Shown piece after piece: positions 25,401 to 37,400 of a stretch of 64,000 bases of DNA; within the stretch, counting starts at the first letter, position 1, and every line of letters starts with the position of its first letter. The DNA comes from Prorocentrum cordatum (Eukaryota): contig CAUYUJ010000092.1 of assembly GCA_963575745.1 (NCBI GenBank), positions 496,001 to 560,000 of the forward strand, given 5' to 3'. Both the position numbers and the translations under genes were made by a program. Below the pieces are notes generated by a model. That model worked only from the letters and a program-made list of their open reading frames with translations, did not search any database and was not told where the DNA came from.

Positions 25401-28400
25401 CGCCCGAGCTGGCCCCTACGGCCTCGCCCAGGCGTGGGGGGCTAAACGCTCCCCAGGGCCGCGCGCCGCCGGCCCGCCGGCGCGGGATCGCGCCCGCGAA
25501 AGGCGCTAGCCGCGCGCGTCGCGCCGGACGCGACATAGAACACGCAGAGAGCGAGCGCGCGCGTGCGAAAGCACACGCGCGAGCTGGAGGTGCAAGCTGG
25601 CTGCAGCCCAGAGGACGCCACGTGGCCCGAGCAGCCCGTCGCTCCCCCCGGTCCTCCTCCTTCTAATCCCCGTCGTCGGGCGGTTCCCCTGTGGCGGTCA
25701 GCGCGCGGCCCTCGATGCCCCATGCTGCCGGCGAACATGTCAACGTAGGTCGATCCGCTCGTCCCCGTCGTCGCGCCCTTCGGCATCCTCGTCGAGTAGG
25801 CCCTCGGCTGCCAGCTGCACCTCGACCAGGCCCTCCCGACACCAGGCGGCGTCGCCAGGCAGCTGGCGCAAACGGCCTCGCCGTCCGCCCCGCGGCCCTC
25901 AGCGGGCCCCCGGGTCGACTGTCGCGGGATCCGTAAGAGGCAAGCAACGCACCCGGTATGAGCGAGCAAGTGATGCGAGCAATGTAGCCACTGCTCCCTC
26001 GCTCGAGCTCGCCCAGCGGCCGCAAGAACTGCGCCACTGCGTCGTTGAACACTGCAATGCCCGTGAGCACCGGCATGTCGTCGAGCACCCGAGCGCCCTT
26101 GCAGCTGCGCACGCCCTTGAACACAAACACGTCGCCGATCAGCGCGCCGTCGAGCGCAGGCACGCTCGTGACCTCGTGCGTGCCCCGGGAACTGAGCGCG
26201 CGTGTGAACACGACCACATCCCCGTGGCCCTCGACGAAGAGCAGGTTTGCCGCCGTGACTGCGCCCCTGAGGCTGGTCCCCTCGCGGCCGGGCCCAGCTG
26301 GGCCCTGTCTCACGGACGAACATACCTTCGCCGCTGGAACCTCGCCCCAAGGGCTGGTCCCCTCGCGGCCTGGCCCAATATCGGCGTGGCCATCCACCAA
26401 CAGGCCGCCCGCCGCTGGAACCCCGCCCCATGGGCGTGTCCCTCCGCGGCCGGGCCCGGCAGGGCCATGTCCCGCGGTAGACTGCGGGTTGTCGCAGGCG
26501 GCTGCGGATAAGGTAATACAAACGAAGCACGCCCACTGCAAGTACGGCCCCTCCGGGAGTACCATCACGCAGTGGGGAATGCCAAGAACGTCCGGGAACA
26601 CCGTCGCGCCGTTGGCCACAGGCACGCCCGTGCGCACCTGCATGCCGTCGAGCCTCGGGAAGCTCGTGACCTCGAGCGCGCCCTGGGGCAGGAGCGCGGC
26701 CGTGAGCCGGACCACCGTGCGCATCTGCATGCCGTCGAGCCTCGACAAGCTCGTGACCTCGAGCGCGCCCTGGGGCAGGAGCGCGGCCGCGAACCGGACC
26801 ACGTCCTTGAGCACCGCGCTGTGGAGCAGAGCTTCGCCCCCAAGCGCGCGCGCGTTGTTGAGCACCGGCGCACCTGTGAGGACCCACCTGCCATAGACCA
26901 AGGGTGGAACGGCCGCTGGGACTTCGCTCCTTGGGCTGATCCCCTCGCAGCCGGGCCAAGCGGACCCCTGTCCCGCGGCCGACGCTTGCCAGTCGGGTCT
27001 GGCCGGGAGGGCGAGCACGACCACGCCATCGAACGCGACCATCAGCAAGATGGGCCCACGCGAGCCAGTGAACGCAAGCGCAAGTAGCCGTACCTCGCGG
27101 GGCGGGGTCGCCATGGCGGGCCCCCCGCCCGGTGGCTGCCCGGGGCGGGCCAGCGCGCCACGGCGTTCCAGGGCGCCCACGAGCATCGATGTGACGTCGA
27201 GCACCTGGGCATCCCCGGCCTGGAGCACGCCCTTGAGTACGACCACGTTCTCCGACTCTGACTTTGCCGGCGGGCAGTCCAGGCCGACCGCTGGAAACGT
27301 AGCCCCATCCCCATGCGACTCCAGATAAGATGGTGGGTCTGCCGCGGGGACTTCGCCCATGCGGGCTGCCCCCCTCGCGGAAGGAGCGGTGGCTGCGACC
27401 TGCCGGACCTGGGCGGCATCGGTCTTCCGCGGCATGCCGTGCCCGATCGCGGGGATGCAATGCTCCGCGCCGAAAGCAGTGCGGGCGCTGGCCCCAGCGT
27501 AGACGGCCACGTCGATGCCGGCGCCGGTGTTCGTCTCTGCGCTGGTTTTGGCGTCGGCGCAAGCGCCCGGGTCAGCGTCGGCGCCGGCGCTGGCGTCGTC
27601 GCTGCTGTCGCTGTCGGCGTAGGCGGTGACATTGGCACCGACGTCGGCGCTGGCGTCGGCGGTGGCGTAGGTGGAGTCGCCCTCGCGGCAGTCCTCGCAG
27701 CTCGGCAGGCGCGGAGAGACCCGCAACGGTGGCGGCGTGGGCTGCTGCGGCGCCCTGGCTGGGCAAGCCCCGTCGGTAGCGTGCGGCACGCGCCCGAGCT
27801 GGCCCCCACGGCCTCGCTCAGGCAGGGGGCAGACGCACCCCGACCGCACGGCGCCGGCCCGCCGGCGCGGAGCCGCACCCGCGAAGGGCCCGCGACGCGC
27901 GCGTCGCGCTAAGCGCGTCCGAAAGTCGGGCGGGCAGCGCGCGCGCGCGAGAATGCCCGCGTGAGCGGCACGGAGCCTGCGGGGCCAAACGCGCGCGCGC
28001 GGAAGCGTGGTGCCGGTGAGCCAGTCCAGATCGCCCGTGCTGGCTACGGCGCCAAAGTCGGAGCTGGCGGCGGCGCTAGCGTCGGTGCTGGCCGCGGCGT
28101 TCGCGGTCGCGAAGGCGGCAGCGCCTGCCTCGGCGTCGGTGCGGGCGTCGGCGCTGGCGCTGATGTTGGCGCGGGCCGTGATGCTGAAGCCGGCCTTGGC
28201 GCTGGCGCCGATGCTGGTGCCGAGTCCCACGTCGGAGATCCTGGCGCCAGGCCTGGACCAGTCCACGGCCCAGACCTCGCCGGCCTCTGTGCGGGCCATC
28301 GATGGGGAAAGCGTCGGTGCTGGCACCTGCACCGGCAGCCGAGAAGGCGACGGCGCCCGCGCGGGCCTCGCAGCCGATGGCGTTGATGCCGGCGTCGGCG

Positions 28401-31400
28401 GTGACGTTGGTAGCGTCGGCGCGGGCGCCTGCGGTCGCGGCGGCGGAAGCGGCAACGTCATCATAGGCCTCGCCGTCGGCGTCTGCGCTGGCGTCGTCGC
28501 TGGCGTTGATGTCGGCGTAGGCGGGGGCATTGGGGGCGTCGGCGCTGGCGTCGCAGGACGCGGCCCCGGTGCCAGCCCGCGCATCGGCAACGATGTCGGC
28601 GTCGGCGCTGGCGTCGGCGCTGATGCTGGCGCAGGCGTTGGCGACGGCGTTGACGACGGTGGCGGCGTCGGTGCTGGGAACGGTGCCCTCTTCAGGGCCC
28701 GCGGCGCCGAGCCTGACCCAGACCATGTCCCAGACCCCATCGGCCTCTACGTCCGTCTCGGCCCCGTCCGACCCCGCGCCCCTTCTCGAGCCCTCGATGT
28801 TGCTCACGAACTCCAGCCCCTTGATGATGGCGCCTGCGCTGGTCTCGGCGCCTGCGCGGGCGCCCGCGTCAGCGTTGGCGCCGGCGCAGGCCTCGTCGCT
28901 GCCGTCGCTATCGGCGTAGGCGGTGACGTTGGCGTCGACGTCGGCGCTGGCGTCGGCGGCGGCGGCGATGGAGATGCCCTCGCGGCAGGCCTCGCAGTCC
29001 GGCAGGCGCGGAGCGGCCCGCAGCGGTGGCGGCGAGGGCTGCTGCGGCGCCCTGGCTGGGCAAGCCCCGCCGGCAGCGCGCGGCATGCGCCCGAGCTGGC
29101 CCCCGCGGCCTCGCTCCGGCAGAGGGCAGACGCACCCCACCCGCGGTGCGCCGGCTCGCCGGCGCGAAGCCGCGCCCGCGCGGGGCCCGAGACGCGCGCG
29201 TCGCGCTAAGGGCGTCAGCAAGCCGAACGGGCAGCGCGCACGCGCGAGAATGCCCGCGTGTGCGGCACGGAGCCTGCGGGGCCAAGCGCGCGCGTGCGGA
29301 AGCGAGGCGTCGGCGACGCAGTCGCCGACGTTGGGGCCAGCGTCGGCGCCGGCGGCAACGCGGGCGCCGGTGCCCGTGCAGACGCCCCTGTCGGCGTCGG
29401 CGTCGGCCCCGACCCCCGCGATGGTATCGGTGCTGACGCCGGCTCTCGCGGCGGCGTCGGCGCCGTCGCTGGCATCTGCGCTGGCGTTGGTTTCGGTGTA
29501 GGCGATGACGCCGCCGTCGACGTCTGCGTTGACGCCGATGCTGGTAGCGGGGCCCGCGTCGGCGCCGAGCCGGGGCCAGTCTAAGTCCCAGACCTCGTCG
29601 TCCGTGCTGGCTGAGGCGCCGGTGTCGGAGATGGCGGTGGTGCAAGCGTCGGTGCCGGCCGCGGCGTGGGCGGTCGCGGAGGCGGCAGCGCCTGCATCGG
29701 CATCGAAGGCGTCGTCGTCGGCGCGGGCGTCGGTGCTGGCGCTGATGTTGGCGCGGGCCATGCTGGAGCCGACCTTGACGCTGGCGTCGGTGCTGGTGCT
29801 GGGCCCCACGTCGGAGCACCTGGCCCCAAGCCTGGACCAATCCACGGCCCAGACCTCGCCAGCCTCTGCGCGGGCGATGGGGGAAGCGTCGGTGCTGGCA
29901 CCTGCGCTGGCAGCCGAGAAGGCGACGGCGCCCGCGCGGGCCTCGCAGCCGATGGGCCCCGCGGCGCGGTGGTGGCGAGCCTCATCCCGCAGCTGAATCG
30001 CCTGGGGGCCCTCCTGCGTGGACGATTGCGTCCATGCAGCCGCCGCCGGGGACGCCGCCAGGGCTGCCCAGGGGCCTCCCTGGGCCTTGTGGGCCGCCGG
30101 TCGCGCCTCTGGCAGCGATGCAGCCGCCTTCGGGGCCGCCGCTGGGGCCGCCCCCGTCCCGATCGACGCCGGGCCCTTGCCGCCGTCCTCGCCGCCGCTG
30201 CACCGTGTTTTGGCTCCGGCGGCGACCCCGGCGGCTCCGGCAGGCCCTGCCTGGGGGCCCCCCCGGCCCCCTTTCTCAAGCGTGTGCGAAAGGGTGTCTG
30301 CACACGCTTGGGTTTGGCCCTTTCTGGAAGCCCTGGAGGCGGCCCCGGAGGCTTCTCCAGGCTCCCCCGGACGCCTCCCACGGTCCGCGGCGGGCCTCCC
30401 AGCCCCCCGCCCGGCGACTTCGGCGACCCCTGCAGCGGCGGCGGAAGCGAGGCCGACGGCATCAGCGGGCGTGACGAAAACGGCGTCGGCGTCGGCGTGG
30501 GCGTGGGCGCGGGCGATAGGGCCAGCGCGGGCGACGGCGGAGGCGTAGGTGTCGGTGCGGTTGTCTGCGCCGGCGTCGCCCAAGTGCATGGCCCCGAGCT
30601 CCACGTCCGCGCCTGTCCACGGCCCCGTCCCCGCCCTAGGCGCTGGCCCGGCGCCCGCGCTGGCGTCGGAGGTGCCGGCGTCGGAGCCGGCGTCGGAGCT
30701 GGCGTCGGTGCTGGCGTCGGAGCCGGCGTCGGTGTTGGCGTCGGAGCTGGCGTCGGTGCTGGCGTCGGTGCCGGCGTCGGAGCCGGCGTCGGTGCTGGCG
30801 TCGAAGCGGCTGTCGGTGCCATCGGCGCCGCTGTCGGCGATGCCGTCGACGCCCCTGCAGGTGCGGCTGCAAGCGCCGCAGTCGGGGCGGCAGCCGACGC
30901 CACTGGCGGCGCAGCCGCCGACGCGGCTGTCGGGGCCGCAGCCGCCGGAACCGCAGTAGGTGCTGCCGTCGACGCCGCCAGGGCTACCGGCGCAGCCGTC
31001 GGCCAGGCTGTCGGCGCCGCAGCTGTCGGAGCGGCAGTCGGTGCCGCCGCCGGGCCGGCCGTCGGCGCGGCCGTCGGGGCCGCCGTTGTCGGCGCGGCGG
31101 CGGTTGCTGCCGCCAACGCCGCCGACAACTCGGCCGTCGGAGCGACTATTGGGGCCGTCGGCGCCGCTGTCGGTGATGCCGTCGGCGCCGCTGCCTGCGG
31201 TGCTGGCGGCGCCGCGATCGGGGCGCCAGTCGGTGCCGCCCTCGACGCCTCTGACGGCGCAGCGGCCGGTGCGGCTGCGGGCCCCGCAGCCGTCGGAGCG
31301 GCGGTCGGTGCCGCCTGAGTGGCTGTCGGGGCCGCAGCTGTCGGAGCGGCAGTCGGTGCCGCCGTCGACGCCGCCGAGGCTGTTGGGGCAGCTGTCGGTG

Positions 31401-34400
31401 AGGCTGTCGGTGCCGCAGCCGTCGGAGCGGCAGTCGGTGCCGCCGTCGGCGCAGCCGTGGGCGTGGCTGCCGGGGCCGCAGCTGTCGGGGCGCCAATCGG
31501 TGCCGCCCTCGCCGCCGCTGGCGGCGCAACGGCCGGTGCGGCTGTTGGCCCCGGCGGCGCCGCCGTCGGTGATGCCATCGGCGCGGCCGTCCCTGCTCTC
31601 GGTGATGCCATCGGCGCAACCGTCGGTGCCACGGTTGGCGCGGCTGGCGCCGTCGGCGCCGACGGCGCCGCGGTAGGCGCCGCTGTAGGTGCCATTGCAG
31701 CCGCTGCCCGCCCGCCGTCGCCTCCCGATGTCGGGTCTTGGCGCGCATCGGGCCGCTTTTGAGCCACCCCCGCACGCCTCCTCCTTCGGGTCCGCCGCCG
31801 ATGGGCCCGAAAAGGACGTGGTGGGTGCCCCTCGGCCGATCCAATCACAACGCAATTTATGGAGCCTGCTGTGGAAACCGGTCAGGCCCTCGAAGTTGGA
31901 CTGCTGGAGCACGCTCCCGAATACCGGCGTGCCGCCAAGCTCAGGCGCGCTCCGGGATGCGAGCGCGCTGGTGGGCGACAGCGTGCCTGTCGGCACCCAC
32001 GTGCTGTCGAGCACCCGCGTGCCCGTGATAGAGGGCACGGCCCCGCACCTCGCCAGGGTGCGCGCGCGATCCTCCATGTGGTCCGGAGGTATGCGACCAG
32101 TAAGGTCCTCAGCCACCGCCAGCTCCGCCGCTGGGACGTCGCCCCTAAGGCTCGTGCCCCCGCGGCTAAGCCTCGCCTGCATGACCAACGCCGGCTGGGC
32201 GGTACGGGCAGCCAGGCATCTGAACCGAGAAACGTCTGCCTCATTGTGCGTGCCCTGGTGCGCGACCACCCCCGCGGTCGCGATGTCGGCGCCGGCGGGG
32301 CCGGAGGCGCCGTCGCTGGCGCTGGGACCGGCGGCGGCGCCGGCGTAGGCGCGGGCACCAGTGCCAGCGCGGGTGCTGTTGGCGGTGTGGGCGCTGGTCC
32401 CAATGTAGACGGTCATGCCAATGTCGGCGTCGGCGCTGGTCGCTGCGCGGGTCCCGGCGTCGGCGCATGCGCCCGCGTCAGCGACGGCGCCGGCGCCGGC
32501 GTCGTCGCTGGCGTCGTTGTCGGCATAGGCGGTGACGTTGGCGTCGACGTCGGCGCCGGCGTCGGCGGTGGCGGAGGCGGAGTCGCCCTCGCGGCAGTCC
32601 TCGCAGCTCGGCAGGCGTGCTTGGATGGCCGACAGAGTTGTTGTAGCTTGTAGTACATATAGTTAACATCATACATACTAATATGTCACATAACATGTAG
32701 CTAACAGAGACTTAACTACACACATATATACACTTATTAGCCAACTTAATAAGTCGAATAAGTCTAGGTGTTTGTTCGGATGTTTGTTTTTTTTAGGGCG
32801 CCAGTTTTTTTGGTTGGCGTCGTCTGCTGGTTGGACCTGCGGTTTGCCTGCGTTGTGCGTGTTTTCTGGGCGCGCTTGCTTGATGATCGTTGAGCGTTTG
32901 TCAGGTTACGCCAAACAAACTCCTCCTCCATATGTTCCTGCTCCTCCTCCTCCTCCTCCTCCTCCTCCTCCTCCTCCCTCTTCGGCGGATTACCGCCTTC
33001 TTGATCCTCCTCCTCATCCTTCTTCGGCGGATTACCGCCTTCCTCCTCATCATCCCTCTTCGGCGGATTACCGCCTTCTCGATCCTCCTCATCCCTCTTA
33101 CCGCCTTCTCGATCCTCCTCCTCGTCCCTCTTCGGCGGGTTACCGCCTTCCTCCTCCTCCTCCTCCTCCCTCTTCGGCGGATTACCGCCTTCTTGATCCT
33201 CCTCCTCATCCTTCTTCGGCGGATTACCGCCTTCCTCCTCATCATCCCTCTTCGGCGGATTACCGCCTTCTCGATCCTCCTCATCCCTCTTACCGCCTTC
33301 TCGATCCTCCTCCTCGTCCCTCTTCGGCGGGTTACCGCCTCCTCCTCCTCCTCCTCCTCCTCCTCCCTCTTCGGCGGATTACCGCCTTCTTGATCCTCCT
33401 CCTCATCCCTCTTCGGCGGATCACCGCCTTCCTTATCTTTGCATGCTGCGGCGGATCAACCGCTTTCTTTCCTCCTGATCCGCATGCTCTCATTCTGCGG
33501 ATCAGCCGCATTTCCCCTCCCCACCCCTTCCGCGGATCAACCGCGCGCCCCCCATCCTTCGATCTTGCGGATCAGCCGCGTTCTCGGGCGGCTCTACGCC
33601 ATCTTCTGTCGGCGGGTCACTCGCCTCCTCCCTCTTCCCCCCCCATCCGCAGCCTTTTCCGCCTTTCATCGCAGCCTTTTATCGCAGCCCCTTTTGGCTC
33701 GGGCTGCCGCGGGGCGGCGGCGCGTCTCCTGCACGAGAATGGCGCTCCAGCAGGAGCTCCTTCAGCGCGCCGAGGGGGTGGGCCCCTTACTGCGCGCTGC
33801 GAGGGGCCAGGGCGAAGCCGCGTGGAAGCAGGCGTCGGGTGCACAGGCTGCTCGGCTGGTCGAGCTCGTCGGATTGGTGCGCCCGCAAGGCCAGTTGCTC
33901 ATTCGTCTCGCGGGTTTGGCGCAGCAAGACGGCTTCGCGCCTGCCGACGCACAGCTGTTGCAGAACGCCTTGGCCACGGCAGCCTCGAGCAGCGGCGGGG
34001 CGTGGAAGTCGCAGGACTTCGAGCATTTCCCGTATTTCTTGAGTGGTGAAGTGTGGGCCGTGCTCAGCGACCCCCATGGGGACGTCTTGCACAAGGCTCG
34101 GTCTGTTCTGTCGTTTCTCTCGTCGAAGCTGGGCCTCAAGAACCCGTCAGAAGGCACCCTCGCGCACGTGACGGCCCTCGTGACGATCTGCGTAGATGGG
34201 GCCCCAGCGGCCCGCAGCATGAGCCCCCACTTCTTGAAAGACACCTTTGACCACATCAAGACGATGTGGAAGGGCATGGTCAAGGCAGAGCCCTTGGAGA
34301 AGATGGCCGCGCTCCCAGCTGACCCCGACGCGTTCCGAGCTGCGTTCCCCGCCACGTGGGCCTCTGCGTACGGCGGCGGTGGTCCTGCGAGCATCGGAGT

Positions 34401-37400
34401 GTTTTTCGTCGATGTCTCCGTGGTGGCTAAATCGTTCAAGTGGCGCGAGAGGCAGCGCGCAGGGTCCGCGTCGTCGGCGCCACTTTTGCAGGCTCTGCAG
34501 AATATGATGGGTCAGACGCTGCAGCAGCCTCAGCAAGAGAGGCTCGCGAACGGTGCGGTGTTGACGTTCGCAGGGAAGCAGCCGCGCAGCCTCGCTGGCG
34601 TGCAAGCGGCTGCGACGTCGGCCGCAGGGCAGCTCGCGGTGACGGACCTCCCGCAGCAACAGCAGCAGCAGCAGTTGCAGCAGCAGCAGCAAGACAACTA
34701 CAACCTGCAATTGCAGGCCAAGCAGCTCCAGGAACAGCTGCAACAGCAGCAGCAGCAGCAGCAGCATCAGCCGCCGCAGCCTCAGCCCAGTCAGTTCGCC
34801 CTCGAGGACGCCCACTCGGCGGGTGCCTCTGCAGGAGGGGCCCCGCAGGCGAAGAAAGCGAAGAAGGTGGACTCTGTGGAAGCAGCGGCCATGCAGGTAC
34901 ACGCTGCCATGCAGCAGGAGAAGGAGACCAAGGCCAAAGCGAAGGCCAAGGCGAAACCCGCTGCCAAGACATGCGTGCTGAAGAAACCAGCGTCGGCACC
35001 TGTTGGCAAGGCGGCGGTGGTGACCAAAATCAGCGTGGAGAACACGCGCAGCCAGTGCGTCGCGCACTACGGGAGGGGCCCTGGCTCGACCAAGGTGTTC
35101 AAATGGGGCCCGAACACAGGCTACACGAAGGAGACGTCCGAGAAGGCCGCCAAGCAGTGGATCGAGAATCGGCTGCGCGTCGGCTGAGGGGGTGACGGCT
35201 ACGCGTAGCTGTCGGCACGACGCGTGCCATATTCAGTGCAGCCATGCCGACGGATGGCCGTCAGTATGAGCACTTTGCCATGACGTGGGTAGTGCTACGG
35301 ATGGCATCGGCTTTTGGTTTCTTCGCCTGGCGCGCGTTGCGCTCGTGATGAAGCTCGTTCTTCTGTGAACTCGTTGCACCTCTATGCGCGCCACTGCTTT
35401 GAAAGAAAAGGCGTTGAAAAAAGTGCGGGTCAACCGCTTTCAGCGGATCATCCGCTACTTACCACGTTGTGCCAGGTCGGGGCAGGGAGGTCTGAGCAGG
35501 AATATGGAGGGATGGCATGACTAGGAAGGGATGAGACCGAGCAGAAGTTTGCCAGTGAAAAGGGAACCGCCGCTCTGGTCCAGAACCGCCCCCGCTCTGA
35601 ATCGAAGCCACAGGGGCAGAACGGTGGCGGTTCTAGGCCAGAACGGTAGCGGTTCTGGACCAGAACGGGCAAAAATGGAGGTTCATGCGCGTTCGATGCC
35701 GTAGCCGTTTGCGCTCGCAGGGGCGCGCGCGGGCGCGCGCGGCGGGCTCGGCGCGCAGGGCGCCATGGCGGCGCCGAAGAGGTCCGCCTTCGAGGACCTC
35801 CAGAGCTTCTTCGAAGAGGCCGACGGTGCGTTCGATCAGATGGACGCCGAGAGGTCGCACGTGATCGGCTGCCTCAGGAAGGTGCTCGAGGACTCTGGCC
35901 ACGTGGAGGCTGCGGACGTCCGCGACACCCCGCTGGAGGAGCCTGCAGCTGCTGCTTCGAGCTCTGCTGCGTCGGCGACTCTTGAGGTGGAGGTCGATCG
36001 CCCCGTTCGCCCTCGAGAGCAGGTCGTCGACGTCGACGCTCTGGAGCGCTCGGTCGACAACGTCCTGCGTGAAGGCGACGCGAACTCCGCGGGCGACGCG
36101 CCCATGCCCGACGGCGCGGCGGAACGCGTCCAGCAGCTCATGCTGCGGGATCCAGAGTTCGCGCGGATCGCCTTGCTCATGGTGATGAGTCCGCTCTCCG
36201 TGGACTGGAACGACCCCGCCGTCATCAACGTCGAGAAGACGCTGATCTTGGAGTTCCAGTGCCACAAGAAATTCAGGCAGCGGGGTCCCCCTGGCCCATT
36301 GCAGGGAGGGCCCACGGAGTGGAGGGGCCAAGCCTGGAGGCAGAACAGCGGTCGGTGGGGCTCCCGCGGCGGCCGCAGCGTGCGGCTTGCCGAGTTCCAG
36401 GCGAAGTTCGGCAAGGAGCGAGGCACGGAGGCTTTCCTCGAGGACGAGGACCGACGCCGCAGCTTGCGGCAAGACAGCTTCGTGGCGAAGTTCGGCATGG
36501 AGCGAGGCACCCAGGCCTTCCAGGAGGACGAGGCCGCTCGCGCGAGCAAGTCCAAGGCGGTCGCGCGCATGATGGCCGCCCCACCGAAGGCCCACCAGCC
36601 GAGGATGGTGCTGCCGACGGTCGACCCTCCGACCAGCAAGGCGCGCCCGACGCCCAAGATGGTCGCGCCCGTGCCGATCGCGCGGCCCGCGGCCAAGGGC
36701 AAGAGCAAGGAGGCGGTCTCCAGCAAGGGCACTGCTGGCAAGCACGGCAAGGGCTCCGACGAGGACACGGACAAGGGCTCCGACAAGGGCGTTCGCAAGG
36801 GCACGGCCGTCAAGAGCAAGGGCGGCCACAAGGGCGCGGACAAGGGCAAGGACGCGCACGTGGTCAAGAACGTCCTCCAGCCCACGTCCAAGCGCCCCGC
36901 GCCTCGGACGCCGTCGCCGCATCGCAGGCCTAAGCGGCGGGCGACCAATTCGCAGGACGCCAGCGGGCGCGGGCCGTTGCACTTCCTGTGGCGCGCGCTA
37001 TTGTTCTTGGAAAAAAATACGCGTACTTCCTCGGCGGCTCATCCGCCATGGCGGTTTATCCGCCTGTGTGTGCACGAGTGTCGCTGCGCGCGCGTCACGC
37101 GTGTGCTTCCTCGGCGGCTCACCCGCCATGGCGGTTTACCCGCCTGTGTGTTCGCCACGCACATGCTCTCGCACCGTTTTTTCTGTATAGGCGTTTTGGC
37201 TCGAACGCGAAGCGCGCGTGGGCCGCCCGTCGCCGCCAGCTTCCGCATCCATGTCGGACGCTGCGTCCTCCTCCGCTGATGTCCAGCCTGCTGCCGCGCA
37301 CGCTGACGACGGAAGCCCGACGTGGATCATGTGGGGTGGGAAGTGCCCCTTTGGCTCGCAGTGCAGCAAGCGCTCGGCGACCATCAAGTCGTGCCACTCG

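Noticed and set aside
28007..32653. Plus-strand Gly/Val/Ala-rich ORFs (also 46436-49879)
   Set aside because: Antisense shadows of the GC-rich repeats in the minus-strand element.
35274..35305. Possible SECIS element (AUGA...GA core downstream of a TGA-ending ORF)
   Set aside because: The upper stem is only 5 bp with no apical AA, and the second copy follows a TAG-ending ORF. Kept only as a generic structured motif.
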